Shown: positions 40,880 to 52,547 of the stretch, piece after piece
Layout: each line of letters starts with the position of its first letter
Numbering within the stretch: position 1 is the stretch's first letter
Assembly (NCBI RefSeq): GCF_018350175.1
Contig: NC_058368.1
Location: forward strand, 36,210,001-36,274,000
Reading direction: 5' to 3'
Length of the DNA: 64,000 nucleotides
Source of the DNA: Felis catus
Lineage: Eukaryota
The notes under the pieces: model-generated
The model's database searches: none
Told to the model about the DNA's origin: nothing
Seen by the model: the letters and a program-made list of their open reading frames with translations, nothing else
Translations under genes and position numbers: made by a program

Positions 40880-41730
40880 TAGCCCCCGACCCATTCCCGT
40901 TTACACCGTGGACCCACCCACCCACTCGGCTGTCGGCCAAGTCAGAGTTTCATGAAATTGAAGGATCCTGGGACCTGAGCCGCAGCCCTTCGGCCCTGCA
41001 GGAGCTGCCCCACCAAAGCTCCAGGCGAAACTTACAAACTTGGGGCGTTTCTCTCCAGGTTCCTCCGCGCCGCTGGGCGGAGGGTGCTGAGGACCCTTCC
41101 GGCCCGGCATCTTGCTTTCCCGGCAGCTACGGAGCGAGGCTGAGGAGGGATAGGGGGTTCCGGCGGCCGAGCCCTGCTTCGGGTGGTGCAGCCGAGGCCG
41201 GTGCCGATCCATCTTTCTGCGCAGCTCTCGGGGACGGAAAGAAGGCGGCTGAAATGCAAGCCACAAGCCGTGAGCGCGGGAATGTGTGGTGGTTTAGCCT
41301 TCCCGGTTCCGCCACCAGCCGTGCCGGCCCAGCTCAGCCCAACTGCTGCTGCCGGGGCCGCCGCCAATACATCCGAAAACTCCCGCCACGGCTGACGGCT
41401 CGGGACCCGCCAATCCCGCGCCGCTTCGTCAAAGACATTCCCGGGATCCGCCTTTTCCGGGCCGAACGAAACATGATTGGCTGTGCCGCCCGTTCATTTC
41501 GCCACTCAACCGTGGCAGCTACCTTCAGGGCAAGGGCGGGATTAAGTCGCGAAAGCGCGGAAAACCTATTAGGAAGTTACCTGTCTGCGTTTATTTGGAA
41601 TTTGGAGAACCGGCTCCTGCTAAACTGAAAGGCAAGCGAGACCCTCTGCACCACCATTCGAGCAGCGTTGGAATGTGAAATCATCTGCTAACCCTCTCTT
41701 GCCCCACTCGGGACGCCCTGGTGCGATGGC
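40880..41730. promoter_or_regulatory. CpG island / TATA-less DIAPH3 promoter and 5'UTR
   Basis: Sharp rise in GC and CpG density against AT-rich flanks. CCAAT at 41364-41368, 41410-41414 and 41476-41480 (ATTGG); GC box GGGCGGG 41534-41540; E2F-like sites 41381-41387, 41547-41554 and 41555-41564. Confidence 0.9.
41036..41212 (-). CDS. DIAPH3: Diaphanous-related formin 3 (mDia2), coding part of exon 1 (59 codons)
   Basis: Minus strand reads MDRHRPRLHHPKQGSAAGTPYPSSASLRSCRESKMPGRKGPQHPPPSGAEEPGEKRPKF, closely matching the recalled human DIAPH3 N-terminus (MERHQPRLHHPAQGSAAGTPYPSSASLRGCRESKMPRRKGPQHPPPPSGPEEPGEKRPKF). ATG in strong context (AAAG-ATG-G) at 41212-41210; phase-0 donor GTAAG at 41035-41031; inside a CpG island. 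Confidence 0.96.
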
Positions 41731-42735
41731 CATTGGGAAAAGTAGTTCTAGGATCTGCCCTTGAAAGGCAGGTGAGAACAACAGCAATCAGAAGGCCCCA
41801 AGAGTATGTTGCCTGGATGTACCGAGCTCCTGCTGAGTACCCAAGTGCTGAGAGCCCTATCTGGAGTGGTAGAGGAGCCCACTAAAAATCAGAAAGGTCT
41901 AGGCCAAGTCCTTAAGGAGCTCACATCTGTGCTTCACAAACCCTTACACAAATAACAAAATAATACAAATGTATAGCAGTTGTTTTAAAGGCTCATTGAG
42001 AACAAAGAGGGGGAATATTAAATCTGAAGGAGCAGAGCTGGAAAGGCTTAAGTAAGAGTCCATGGATTTTCACTAGGCAGACAAGAGTGGCAAGACATCA
42101 GATGTGAGGCATTCAGAGCTGGAAGCAAGGCCAAGAGCACTCAAGAGCATAGAGCCGAAAACTTCAAGAGCCTACAGTGAAGGGCCAGTGAAGAGCCTTG
42201 AGCTGAAACCATGCGAGAGAGTTTGCTATGTATACCGAAGGGCAAGCCTCGAGGTTAAAGGAGTTTTCCCACACATCACTGTGTTTTTCCCCCTTTTAAA
42301 GTCATCTTTTCCTTTGAACTCTTGCCTTAAGTTATCCAACTTCTGACTACAGAGAGGTGGTGTGGGCCAAGACTGGTAAACATGCAGTACTGATTTGGGG
42401 ACAAGAAACAAGTAACTGGGAAGATTGGCACAGAGGTTCAGAAGAGGGACCTTACTAGCAAGTAAGCTCTCAGGCTATAGTCATTGGGTTTTCTTTTGTT
42501 TTTTAATGTCTATTTGTTTTTACTCTACCAGACTTTCTGTGCCAGTCTCCATCTTCAAAGAGCACCTAATCTTTAGGGGGAAATCCAGGAGAACAGCAGG
42601 GTCCAGAGAACTGAAGTAATTCATGAGGTCTTAATGACCACTAGACCCAGGTGCAGGTTTTATCCCTGTCATTTACGAGCTATCTGATGTAGATGACATT
42701 AAACTTTCTTTCTTTGCCTTCCCATCTGCAAAAGG

Positions 42736-42737
<2 letters not shown>

Positions 42738-42776
<39 letters not shown>
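42738..42776 (+). repeat. (AAT)n microsatellite within a MIR relic
   Basis: About 13 pure AAT units; source of the poly-Tyr ORF 42699-42941. Confidence 0.95.
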
Positions 42777-44340
42777 GCTAACAGGCTTAAATGAGATAGA
42801 AATGTCTGTGAAAGCATCTCCCACCAAAGACCACCAGGAGAAAGACCTGTAGTTGAACAAGTGGAGTTGTTCAGAGATATCTATGAGATAAGGGCACTGT
42901 GCCTTGAAGAGAGACAAAAAAAGACCCAAAACCACTTGCAATTTTATCTATGCACAAACAACAGCAAGGTCAAGTGCCCTTATCTGATTTTGGTGTTCTG
43001 TGAGATTGTTTATGTCCAGAAGGGAACAACATGGCTTAGCTGTGAGTGTCAGGCTGGCTTTTAAAAACATTGAGCCCTTGCTGTAAGTGTCAGACTAGTT
43101 ACCTGATGTGAAGGACTGCTCTTTTCTTTCTCAAGTCCTTGGCATGTAGAAGAGTACTATGTCTAAATAAACAGAAGTTATTATAATTAATTTTCAGGTT
43201 TCACATAGATCACTCTGGAATTTTTCTCAGAAATCAATTGCAACTGCAATGTCTCTGTGAAAATGCTTTTCTCTACGTTTTACATTTTTAAAAATACATT
43301 TTTAACTTGTTTATTACTTAAACTTCACAGTAGCATGCACTGCTCCCCATTCTGACACCCCCACAAGAAGATGATACATCCCACTGAGCAACAGTTTTGG
43401 ACAAGCTCCTTGTGCCAGGCTCGGTGCACAGGGCTGGGACTAAATTTATGGAGACAATAGGCAGGACTCCAGAAGCTTGGAATCCAAAAATGTGTGTCTT
43501 TCCTTTATCATTTCTGCTCAGTCTCAAATCCAGACAATTACTATTGCAATTGTTGGGACAATTCACTCTTCATGACTATCTAAGAGAGAAAGGTGTGAAA
43601 AGTTGAGGGAAGGGATGGATCATTCTCAGTCTATTTTTTTTTTTTTAATGACAATTGTATGAGGTACCGTTTTACCCTTATCAGATTGGTAAATAGTACA
43701 AAGTCTCTTGGCACCAAGTTTTGGCCAAAATTTATGGATTCCTACAAAGATGACGAGTGCAAAACTGGTACAGCCACTTTGGACAGCAACTTGGTGACAC
43801 CTAGTAAACGTGAACTGAACTTCCATGTATCTGTGACCCTGCACTTCCTCGTCTACATGGGTCCCTGCAGAAGCCCAAAGATGCCCATACAAAGATACTT
43901 CTTGAACACTATTTAACCATCCTGCAGTCATGGAAAGAATAAAACACACAGAGGTTTATTATACGGTAGAATCCTATATTGTATCCAAATAACTAGATCT
44001 ACATGTAGATATAGCTCAATAATAAAGAGAAAAATCAAGTGGCAAATACATACATATAAAGATATATATATATGTATACATAGTGTGTGTGTGTGTGTGT
44101 GTAAAAGCACAAGGGAAATATGCCCCAAAACCACCTACTTCCAGAGAGGAATGAAAGAAGAGATGAGGAATTAAAGCTGAAAGTTTATAGCTGAAGTAGC
44201 TGTAATGTTTTATTTATTTAAAAGGAAAGATCAGAAGTAAATCTAGCAAAATATTAACAAGTATTTAATCTCAGCAATGGGTATATTTCTGTCTATTTTA
44301 CTATTTTCTATAATTTTTTTGTTTATCAGAAATGTTTCAT

Positions 44341-44528
44341 GGGGTGCCTGAGTGGCCCAGTTGGTTAAGCAGCCAACTTCAGCTCAGGTCATGATCTCGT
44401 GATTCATGAGTTCAAGCCCCACATCAGGATTTCTGTAGCCAGCACAGAGCCCGCTTTGGATCCTCTGTCTCCCTCTCTCTCTCTGCCTTTCTCTCTCTCT
44501 CCCTCACAAAACTAAAAAATAAATAAAA
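44341..44528 (+). mobile_element. Can-SINE
   Basis: TSD agaaatgtttcat at 44328-44340 and 44529-44541. Confidence 0.94.
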
Positions 44529-44732
44529 AGAAATGTTTCATATCAAATTTTTAACAAAACATAGGAACTTTGGGGATAGCTCCCTTAACTCCATTCCTCC
44601 AAAATATCTATTTATTGGCATTGAGACCACTCTGAGCTATTAAGTTGCATGTAAGGAAAAGTGAAATAATTAATTTCCTTTTAGGATGACTTTAACTTTT
44701 TTTTTAAAGTGAGAGAGAGGATGACAACCCCC

Positions 44733-44961
44733 TTTTTAAAAAAAAAATTTTAATGTTTATTCATTTTTGAGAGAGAGAGAGAGACAGAGACAGAGTGAGA
44801 GTTGGGGAAGGGCATAGAGAGAGGGAGACGCAGAATCCTAAGCAGGTTCCAGGCTCTGAGCTGTCAGCACAGAGCCCAACGCAGGGCTCAAACCCACACA
44901 CTGTGAGATCATGACCTGAGGTGAAGTCAGACAGTTAACCGACCAAGCCACCCAGGTGCCC
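44733..44961 (-). mobile_element. Can-SINE
   Basis: Reverse-oriented head, GA tract and T tail. Confidence 0.92.
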
Positions 44962-45637
44962 TAAACATTTTTTTTTTATTAATAATAAAATCTGTTCCCT
45001 TCCCTCCACTTGCCTTCCACTTTCTTTCATTCTCTTTTATCTCATGCATTTTCCTTCTCTCCCTTAAAGTAATACAGAGGCAGAGAGCCAAGAAACAACA
45101 ATAAAAGAAAACACCCTATTTCCTTCTTTCAACAAAATTTTTCTACAATTTTGTAGTTCTACAAAACCTCTACAAAAAAATTACAAATTCAGCTCTTTGT
45201 TGTTCATGCTTTCCAAGTGGTCAATGGATTAAGACAAGAAGCATAATCACAAGCCTAATTCAAAACCAATTTATGTAACTTTACTACTTTCTCTATTGCT
45301 TTACCACCTGACTCAGTTGGGGTATACCTCATTATACGAAAGTTCCCTAGCACTTTGTACTTAATCACAGGGTGTTAGAATCATTATCTGGCCATTAGCA
45401 CTGACTTTGCACCTTCATTTCAAATTCATGAGCAAAGTATACTACTGCCGCTTGCCCAGCTGGTTTTGAGGCCTGGCTACTTCTGCATTCTCCACATGCT
45501 TGTTGGTCTTAGTTTAAACTGCTGCTGTTTTATAATATAATGTAAGATGGAGAGAAAGCAAATCATATGCACAGAATGCTAACTGATATGCAAATCATAT
45601 GCACAGAATGCTAATCATATAATGTACATATGTACAC

Positions 45638-45806
45638 CAGGGTTTCTCAAGTTCAGCCCTATTGACATTTAAAGCTTGATAATTCTTTGTTATGGGAGGG
45701 TGAGGGGAGGCCATCCTGTGCATCCTAGGATGTTTAGCAGCATTCCTTATTTCAGCCACTAGATGGCGCCAAAATTTCCCAAGACAGCCAAATGTCCCCG
45801 AAGGGC
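45638..45806 (-). mobile_element. MER20 (hAT-Charlie) copy, internally deleted and truncated
   Basis: cagggtttctcaa...ctattgacattt...gataattctttgtt...taggatgtttagcagcat...ccactagatg...ccaaatgtcccc matches the recalled MER20 consensus in reverse. Confidence 0.85.
45756..45769 (+). promoter_or_regulatory. Candidate CTCF binding motif CCACTAGATGGCGC
   Basis: Matches the CTCF core CCASYAGRKGGCRS; lies within a MER20 copy. Confidence 0.6.
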
Positions 45807-45807
45807 C

Positions 45808-46176
45808 GAGTAATATTCCATAGTATGGATATACCACCTTTTGTTTAGATATTCATCAGTTGGTGGACATTTGGGTTGTTTCTTTTGGCTATTATAAATA
45901 ATGCTTCTATAAATATTCATTTACACAGTTTTATGTGGACATAAGTATTCATTTCTCTTAGATATATGCTTAGAAGAGGAATTGCAGGGTCATATGGTAA
46001 CTCTATGTCTGAAGAGCTGCCAGATTTACCAAAGTGGCTGCACCATTTTACGTTCCCACCAGTAGAGCATGAGGTCTCCAATTTCACCATATCATCACCA
46101 ACATTTTTCTAACCTGGCTTTTTTAATCTAGCCACGTTAGTGGCTGTGAAGTAGTATCTCACTGTGGTTTTGATCT
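45808..46176 (-). mobile_element. Old L1 fragment
   Basis: ggacatttgggttgtttc...ccaaagtggctgcaccattttacgttcccacca...tctcactgtggttttgat. Confidence 0.8.
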
Positions 46177-46362
46177 GCCAGCTACTTTTTGTAAATAAAA
46201 TGCTGTTGGAATATGGCTATGCCCATTCTCTTACCTATTGTCCAAAGCTGCCTTTCCTGTACAACTGTAGACCAGAGCAGTTGTGACAGAGAGCATCTTG
46301 CCTGCAAAACTTAAACTGTTTACTGTCTGGTCCTTTACAGAAAATTGTCTTCTGACCCCTGC
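46177..46362 (+). mobile_element. MER58A-like hAT-Charlie fragment
   Basis: tttgtaaataaaa...tactgtctggtcctttacagaaaa...gacccctg. Confidence 0.75.
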
Positions 46363-48439
46363 TAAATGATCTCCACCCCTTGGTATATCACAATTAATTA
46401 TATTCAGTTATTTCTTGTTGTCCGATGAGAGTAGTATGCTAGTAAGAAGCAAATACTACTTTTGGACAAATGTTCAAAATAGAGTTAAATACTTCCCTTT
46501 GCCATGGTACATACCTACACAGGCTTTAACACCTTTAACAAAATCTGTTTAACAAGGTCAACAAGATCTTGCCACCATAATGAATCACTGTGGAGAACAG
46601 AGTCGATTTAAGGTAGGGATGAAAAGCAAAATTCTTAAATGGATATGTGATTCTTCTTAAAACACAGTTGAGCAATTTGTGCTCTGATAAGTTTTCTCTA
46701 GGGTCTTATGCTGTAAGTTCAGATAGAAATTCTTCATAGGGAATATAATTAGTATAACACAGTTTAATGTCATGCTTAATAGTTTCCTAGAATGTTTTGA
46801 TTAGAAAATTAATCTGCCCATGTTTGTAGATGATAGAGCTGTGTAAAGGAGAACAGGAATATTCCTATTAGTGTGAGACACTTAACTAAGGTTCAGTTGA
46901 AAGTGTTAGATGTCACTACTGGATCACACTCCCAATGTTTGAAATAAATAGCAAAAAAGGAATTAAGTAATTACTAAGACTCTTGTAAGATTACAGTTTA
47001 ATTCCCTCATACTAAAGCACAATTACTAAAGCCCAAATATAATTTGTTGAGTCAGTTGGATAATAATTTGTCTGACAATAGCAAATAGCAATGGTGTCAC
47101 TCAAAGCTAAAAATGCATGTAACAGAAGGTAGAAGAATTCTATGGTGCTCAATAGAGATCCTCAAATTTTCTTTTTCCTTCATCTATGTCTCTATCTCAT
47201 TATCATATATGTTTTCCCTTTTTTATCCTCAGGTGAATTTCCGTGTTCCAGACATTTGATAAAATCAAATTACAGAAAACCTGTCTTTATTGAGGTCTGT
47301 CCTGAAGACATCCATTTTGTGCATTGTTTTCTCTGCGTTCTAATTCTTTAGCTGAACCCATCTTGACACAATAGACTAAAAACTGTTTTCTCATTTTGCT
47401 GTAAGGGACGCATTGACATTTCTATCCAATCATGGACGGGTGGGTAATTAGCTGCAACAGTTAGCAAAGTTAGCATCCTTACCTATTTGCTGATGGTGTC
47501 TTAAATATCCGGTTTCCTGGGAAGCCAAGCTCTGCCCATACACGATTCTGAAACTGCGCTCACAAATCACCAGAGAACTTCACACTGCCAGATCTGTTTT
47601 CTCATTCCTTGGTAACCTCTCCATTTACTACTGATAATGACAGTATCCATTTTTCAATTAATTTATTTGGGGGGATATAGTTGACATGTAACATTGTATT
47701 AGTTTCAGGTATACAACATAATGATTAGATATTTGTATATATTGTGAAATGTTCACTGAATTAACTGGAGTTAACATCTGTCACCATACACAGTTCCCCC
47801 CAGTTGTTTTTTTTTTTTCTTGCGACGATATCCTTCTTGAACATCTCTCCTCACTTTTTTCTCTAAACACTCTCTTCCTGACCTCCACTTGGGCTTTTCT
47901 TTCTCTTAATGACTCCTTGCATCTCACCTCGGTAGTAGGCCTCAGGATAGAAGGCCTGATTCAGTTCCCTGTTGTGTGAATAATACAATCACCATAGAAG
48001 TTCATGCTTACGCATTACAAGCTTGCCTCTGTTTACTCATTTGCTTCTTAATAAGGAGGTTAAATTGTGTCCCTCTGATATCCCAAGTAAGATTCTCAGA
48101 GCTCTAAGCTTCATATCAGCACCTCAAGGGCTACCACAGGAGGTGAGGGAAAAGGCATCAGGAAAGGCATGTTTCTGGGCCTTGTCCCCAGTGACACTTC
48201 AACCAACACTGTTTTTACCTATTGTATGAATTATTGTGTAACATCAGCTTTCATGTGAAACAAAAAGGAATTCTGCAAAAAAGGGAAAAAAAGGGTAAAA
48301 GTTTTATTAAATGAAATGTGTCTACATCAGTGTTTTTCAACCTTTTATTATCACCCCCTTTAAAATTATTGCAGACATTTTTTCTTATACCCCCCATGAA
48401 ATGTTAATACCTCAGATATACTGTATATTTGTTTAGGTT

Positions 48440-48442
<3 letters not shown>

Positions 48443-48486
<44 letters not shown>
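48443..48486. repeat. (TA)n microsatellite
   Basis: About 22 pure AT units. Confidence 0.95.
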
Positions 48487-48489
<3 letters not shown>

Positions 48490-48711
48490 CTTTATATGTA
48501 TATCAGTGTTTTATATATTAAAAGAGACTTTTTTTTCCCCCCTGAAAACCAATTTTCATACCTTTGGTATAGGGCACCAAGGGCGTTATCATCCTTCTTC
48601 CTTCATTCAAAATGCTCTAATAACCCACTGAATAACTGATTCTCTAAGGATATTTATTTCCATTTACGAAACAGGAGAAATAACTTACAAGTATGTTATC
48701 AAGATTAATTG

Positions 48712-48926
48712 AGGGTGCCTGGGTGGCTCAGTTAGTTAAGCATCTGACTCTTGATTTCGGCTCAGGTCATGATCTCACAGCTAGTGAAATCAAGCCCGGC
48801 ATCAGCCTCTACTCTGTCAGTGCAGAGCCTGCTTGGGATTCTCTCTCTCTGTCCCTACCCCACTCGTGCACATGTGCAGTCATGCGCGCTCTCTCTCTCT
48901 CAAAATAAATAAATTAATTTAAAAAA
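48712..48926 (+). mobile_element. Can-SINE
   Basis: TSD aagattaattgag on both sides (from 48701 and from 48927). Confidence 0.93.
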
Positions 48927-51255
48927 AAGATTAATTGAGGCATCATATATGAGAGAGTTCTAGCAAAGTGCCTAGTACACATTATATAATCACTACATGT
49001 TAATTTTTCTTCCCCTTGAAAGTCCCATCCAGTCTGCCATTCTGTGAAATCGCAGTTCTCCTTGGATCGTCCTAATTTCAGCATCTAACAAAACTGAACC
49101 TCTCACAATTCCATTTCCAATTGCCAGTGTTTGCCAGCACCACACTGTTCTTCAGGATTGCAGGCAGAAATTCTGAAAGTTCTTTGACTTTTCCTTCTCT
49201 TGACCAATTACACCCAAGTCAAGAGGATATAGGGTGAGAACAGTGAGCGGCACCTCAAAATCTGGAAAGGAGAAATGAAATAAGATTGCCTCTTCAGAAG
49301 TGAACTAATTAAATTAGCAGATAATGGGACGTTGACGTTGTTGTTGTTTCTGGGTTACAGGACTGATAACTTTGACTTCAAGAGTTTATTAATTAATCCA
49401 TGTAAAGAAAAATACCCATCAAGAGTTTGATGGTCAGCATGGGAAAAGAGAAAATCATGACACTATCCAACAGACATCTAAAATCCACCACATACAAAAG
49501 TGAACTCAGCATTTTCTCTATGTGCCTCTCACCCCATGAGCTCACCTCGATGAATAGCAACACAGCCTACCCCGTTGTCTAAGCAGACACTTGCCCCATT
49601 TCACATCCAGTCTCGAAATCCTGCCGAATCCTCTTCCTTCATCCCCGACAAATCCATTCCCTCCACCCTATTGCCCTGCCTCAGATCAAGCTCTGCCCCC
49701 TGCTCAACCTCATGGTGGAGGCAGCCTCAGTCGGCTTCCTCAGACTCCACTCTGATCCCTCCCTGCACTCTGCAGGCTGCGGCCACAGCACTCGGTGAAA
49801 GTTACATGATGGACTCCTCACTCCTCCTGTTTAACATGCAGCCGCTCTGTCCACACCCCTCCACTACCTCAAAAGAATAGCAGGAAAAACCTTTCAAAGC
49901 AGTAACTGTCACACACCAGCATAGCAATAGAGCCTGGACTAGAGAGAATGGGCGGCAGAAAGACATGTTGACTACTTGCTTCATTGCATGAAACTTCAGA
50001 ATTCAGTTGACCTTAAAAGAAACAAAGTCAGACCTAACAGAGGCAATGGAGTGATTTCTGAGTTTATACGCTTCTCTAGTCACCCATACTCAACAGAGAC
50101 TTTTCTCTGCACTCTAAGAAAATGTTTGTTTTCTTCCTGGACATAAAGGACAGATTTGAATTGTAATAAGTACAGAATTCACTCATTTATTGTCAGTGTC
50201 AAAATGTTTTTGATTACTTTTTACAAGTAATTTCTTTGAGAACTCTGTTCCATTTCTCAGTCCTATTCTATTATTCCTATAATAAGGCAGCCTGATTCAT
50301 AGTTCTGTATTGTTTAAATTACTATATATTTCCTGTCTTCATTTCCCTTAGTTTTAATTTTACGGTAAAATCTCTCCAAAACTCTGCAACTTAGACCTAG
50401 ATGGTCATCTGTCTTTCTTTTCTTTTCCAATAAATCTTTTCTTTTACCTTAGGCTGTGTCTTCATAAATAAGTTTCCAAGGTTTTTCTTTTCTTAAAGGC
50501 AAACACTGGAGCCTAATTATCATCTCACCATATGGTTTCTCTTCTCTTCTTTATTCTTCAAAACGATCACGCACTTCTTCCGCAATTGCTATTGAAATTC
50601 ATCTGACCTCCTCCTATTATATTTGTACACCTCTAAACTTACCATCTGCCGTTGTCCTTCAGATGGTTACTAAATCCTGAATTCATTTTAAGGTCTTGCC
50701 ATTTCTATAACTCTCTTCCTCACCTCTCTCAGTTAGATGAGTCCCTAAACCTAATTTCCACCTCTTCCTAACTGGAGGGAGTGAGCCGGAGTAAACAAAA
50801 TAAAACATCCTCTCTTTGCTTACGCCACGACAAGGGAGAGCCACACCTTACTCGTTTCCTGAATCGTGGTCTCGGGCAAGGGCAGACTGCTCTGGGGAAG
50901 GAAGAAATGAGAGCCATGGAGGACGCTGGGACGCTGGGCTGCCACACCGGGGAAGCCTCTGTGGAAGTCCTCTGCGAAGAAGAACACCCAGAACAGTCTA
51001 GACCAGAACCGTTTTGGCAGATAAAACCCCAAAACTGTGGCAACGTGTATTTGTCCTCCATCAAGTCTGTGTGAAACCTTACTGTTCAGGCCTGGTCTAT
51101 TTACTTTTATAGCCATGTATTTCTGACCTTAATAAATTTGCCCACATGCTTTTCGAAATTAAATAGTAATTCTAGTTCCACTGAACCTACTGAGGTGAAG
51201 TTTCACAAGACAGGACCTCATGTTAATATTTCAGAATGTGAAGTACATGTTCTTT

Positions 51256-51468
51256 TCCTTTTTTTTTTTAAATAATTTTTTCATGTTTATTTATTTATTT
51301 TGAGAGAGGAAGATGTAGGGGCAGAGAGAGAGGGGGGAGAGAGAATCCCAAGTAGGCTCCACGCCAGCAGCACAGAGCCAGGTGCGGGGCTCCATCCCAC
51401 GAACCGTAAGATCATGACCTGAGCTGAAATCAAGAGTTGGTCACTTAACCAACTCTGTCACCCAGGCG
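51256..51468 (-). mobile_element. Can-SINE
   Basis: Reverse-oriented body ending ...cacccaggcg; T tail at left. Confidence 0.88.
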
Positions 51469-52390
51469 TGGGTGTTCCTTCTCATCTAATTACTACATGT
51501 GATTTCTTGCGTTTTGCCCATGTCGTCCTTGCTTTTACTCTTCCAGTTCAAAGCATCCCTGTATTTGAGATCTGTTTTGATAAATCAGCACCTGATCCCT
51601 TCTGTTGTTTTGGTTGATAGAGATGGATTTTTCTCTGCTTCTCTGTATATGTACTACCTTCTGATGACCAGTACCACAAACTGATTTTCAGATTCAGCTT
51701 TTCATATAAAGTCATGCTTTTATATGGCAGTGAGATGCTATTTTCACTTGTTTCCAAATACTAAAATGTGAAAACATACCCATTACCAGGCAGATGGTTT
51801 ATCCATCAATGGCCCAGTGATCCCTTTCAAAATAGAGGACTTCTTACAGTAACATATTGTGTGTAAAAGCATTTTATAAACTGGAAAACATTCTAAACAC
51901 GTAATAATGTTTCCCTCACATGCATTTGCTACATGCTATATAACTATCATATACATTTCTAGTTTTGAAAACATATTTTAAATATTTACATTATATATTA
52001 AAATATTACATACTGAAATATTATATTTAGGAATAGTTAACATTAGTTTTCATTCCATGGACTATCTAATTGATGCCGTGAAGTCAGTTAAAGTCATGAC
52101 AGATGGCAGGAAAACAAGATTTGGTGTTAAAACTGTGTCATAAATCATTCATAAGTGAATAATTTATTCTTCACAAATAACCAGGGTTTGTTGGTACCAC
52201 AACCTGAGGACTGATAGGAAGTGCAGGTCTGAAGACGTTTGTCACAACTGTTTCCATTGCAAGTTACAAATTCTCAACTCAAACTAGCTCAAGCACGGAA
52301 GGACATTTTATTTTCCTACAAAGCAGAGAAAAACACTAAGGAAGTTCACATAGTAGAAGGAACCACATGTCAGAAACTGGACCTGGAGAC

Positions 52391-52547
52391 CAGAACTGGC
52401 TACATAATTTACAAAATGAAAAAAGCGAGATGTCCTTGTTTAAAAATCATTAAGAATTTCAAGATGGCTACAGCAAATCATTAAACCTTATGTGCCAGTT
52501 CAGAATCCTATGTGGCTGTAAGGTTACGTGCCCATAAAGTTAGTTCT
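52391..52547 (+). mobile_element. MER45A-like hAT-Tip100 element
   Basis: ggctacataattt...ttgtttaaaaatcattaagaatttcaagatggctacagcaaatcattaaacc matches the recalled MER45A. Confidence 0.7.

Larger units (their letters stand above)
14769..41035 (-). other. DIAPH3: DIAPH3 intron 1 (26,267 nt, GT-AG)
   Basis: Bounded by the exon 1 donor (cttac on + at 41031-41035) and the exon 2 acceptor (ct on + at 14769-14770). Confidence 0.9.

Noticed and set aside
40901..41266. 121-aa ORF taken as a complete protein
   Set aside because: Only 41036-41212 is DIAPH3 coding sequence; the ORF begins at a non-ATG codon in the 5'UTR and runs past the GT donor into intron 1.
41032..41628. Other overlapping ORFs in the CpG island (111, 62, 70 and 124 aa)
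   Set aside because: Expected stop-codon scarcity in GC-rich DNA; no recognisable protein similarity.
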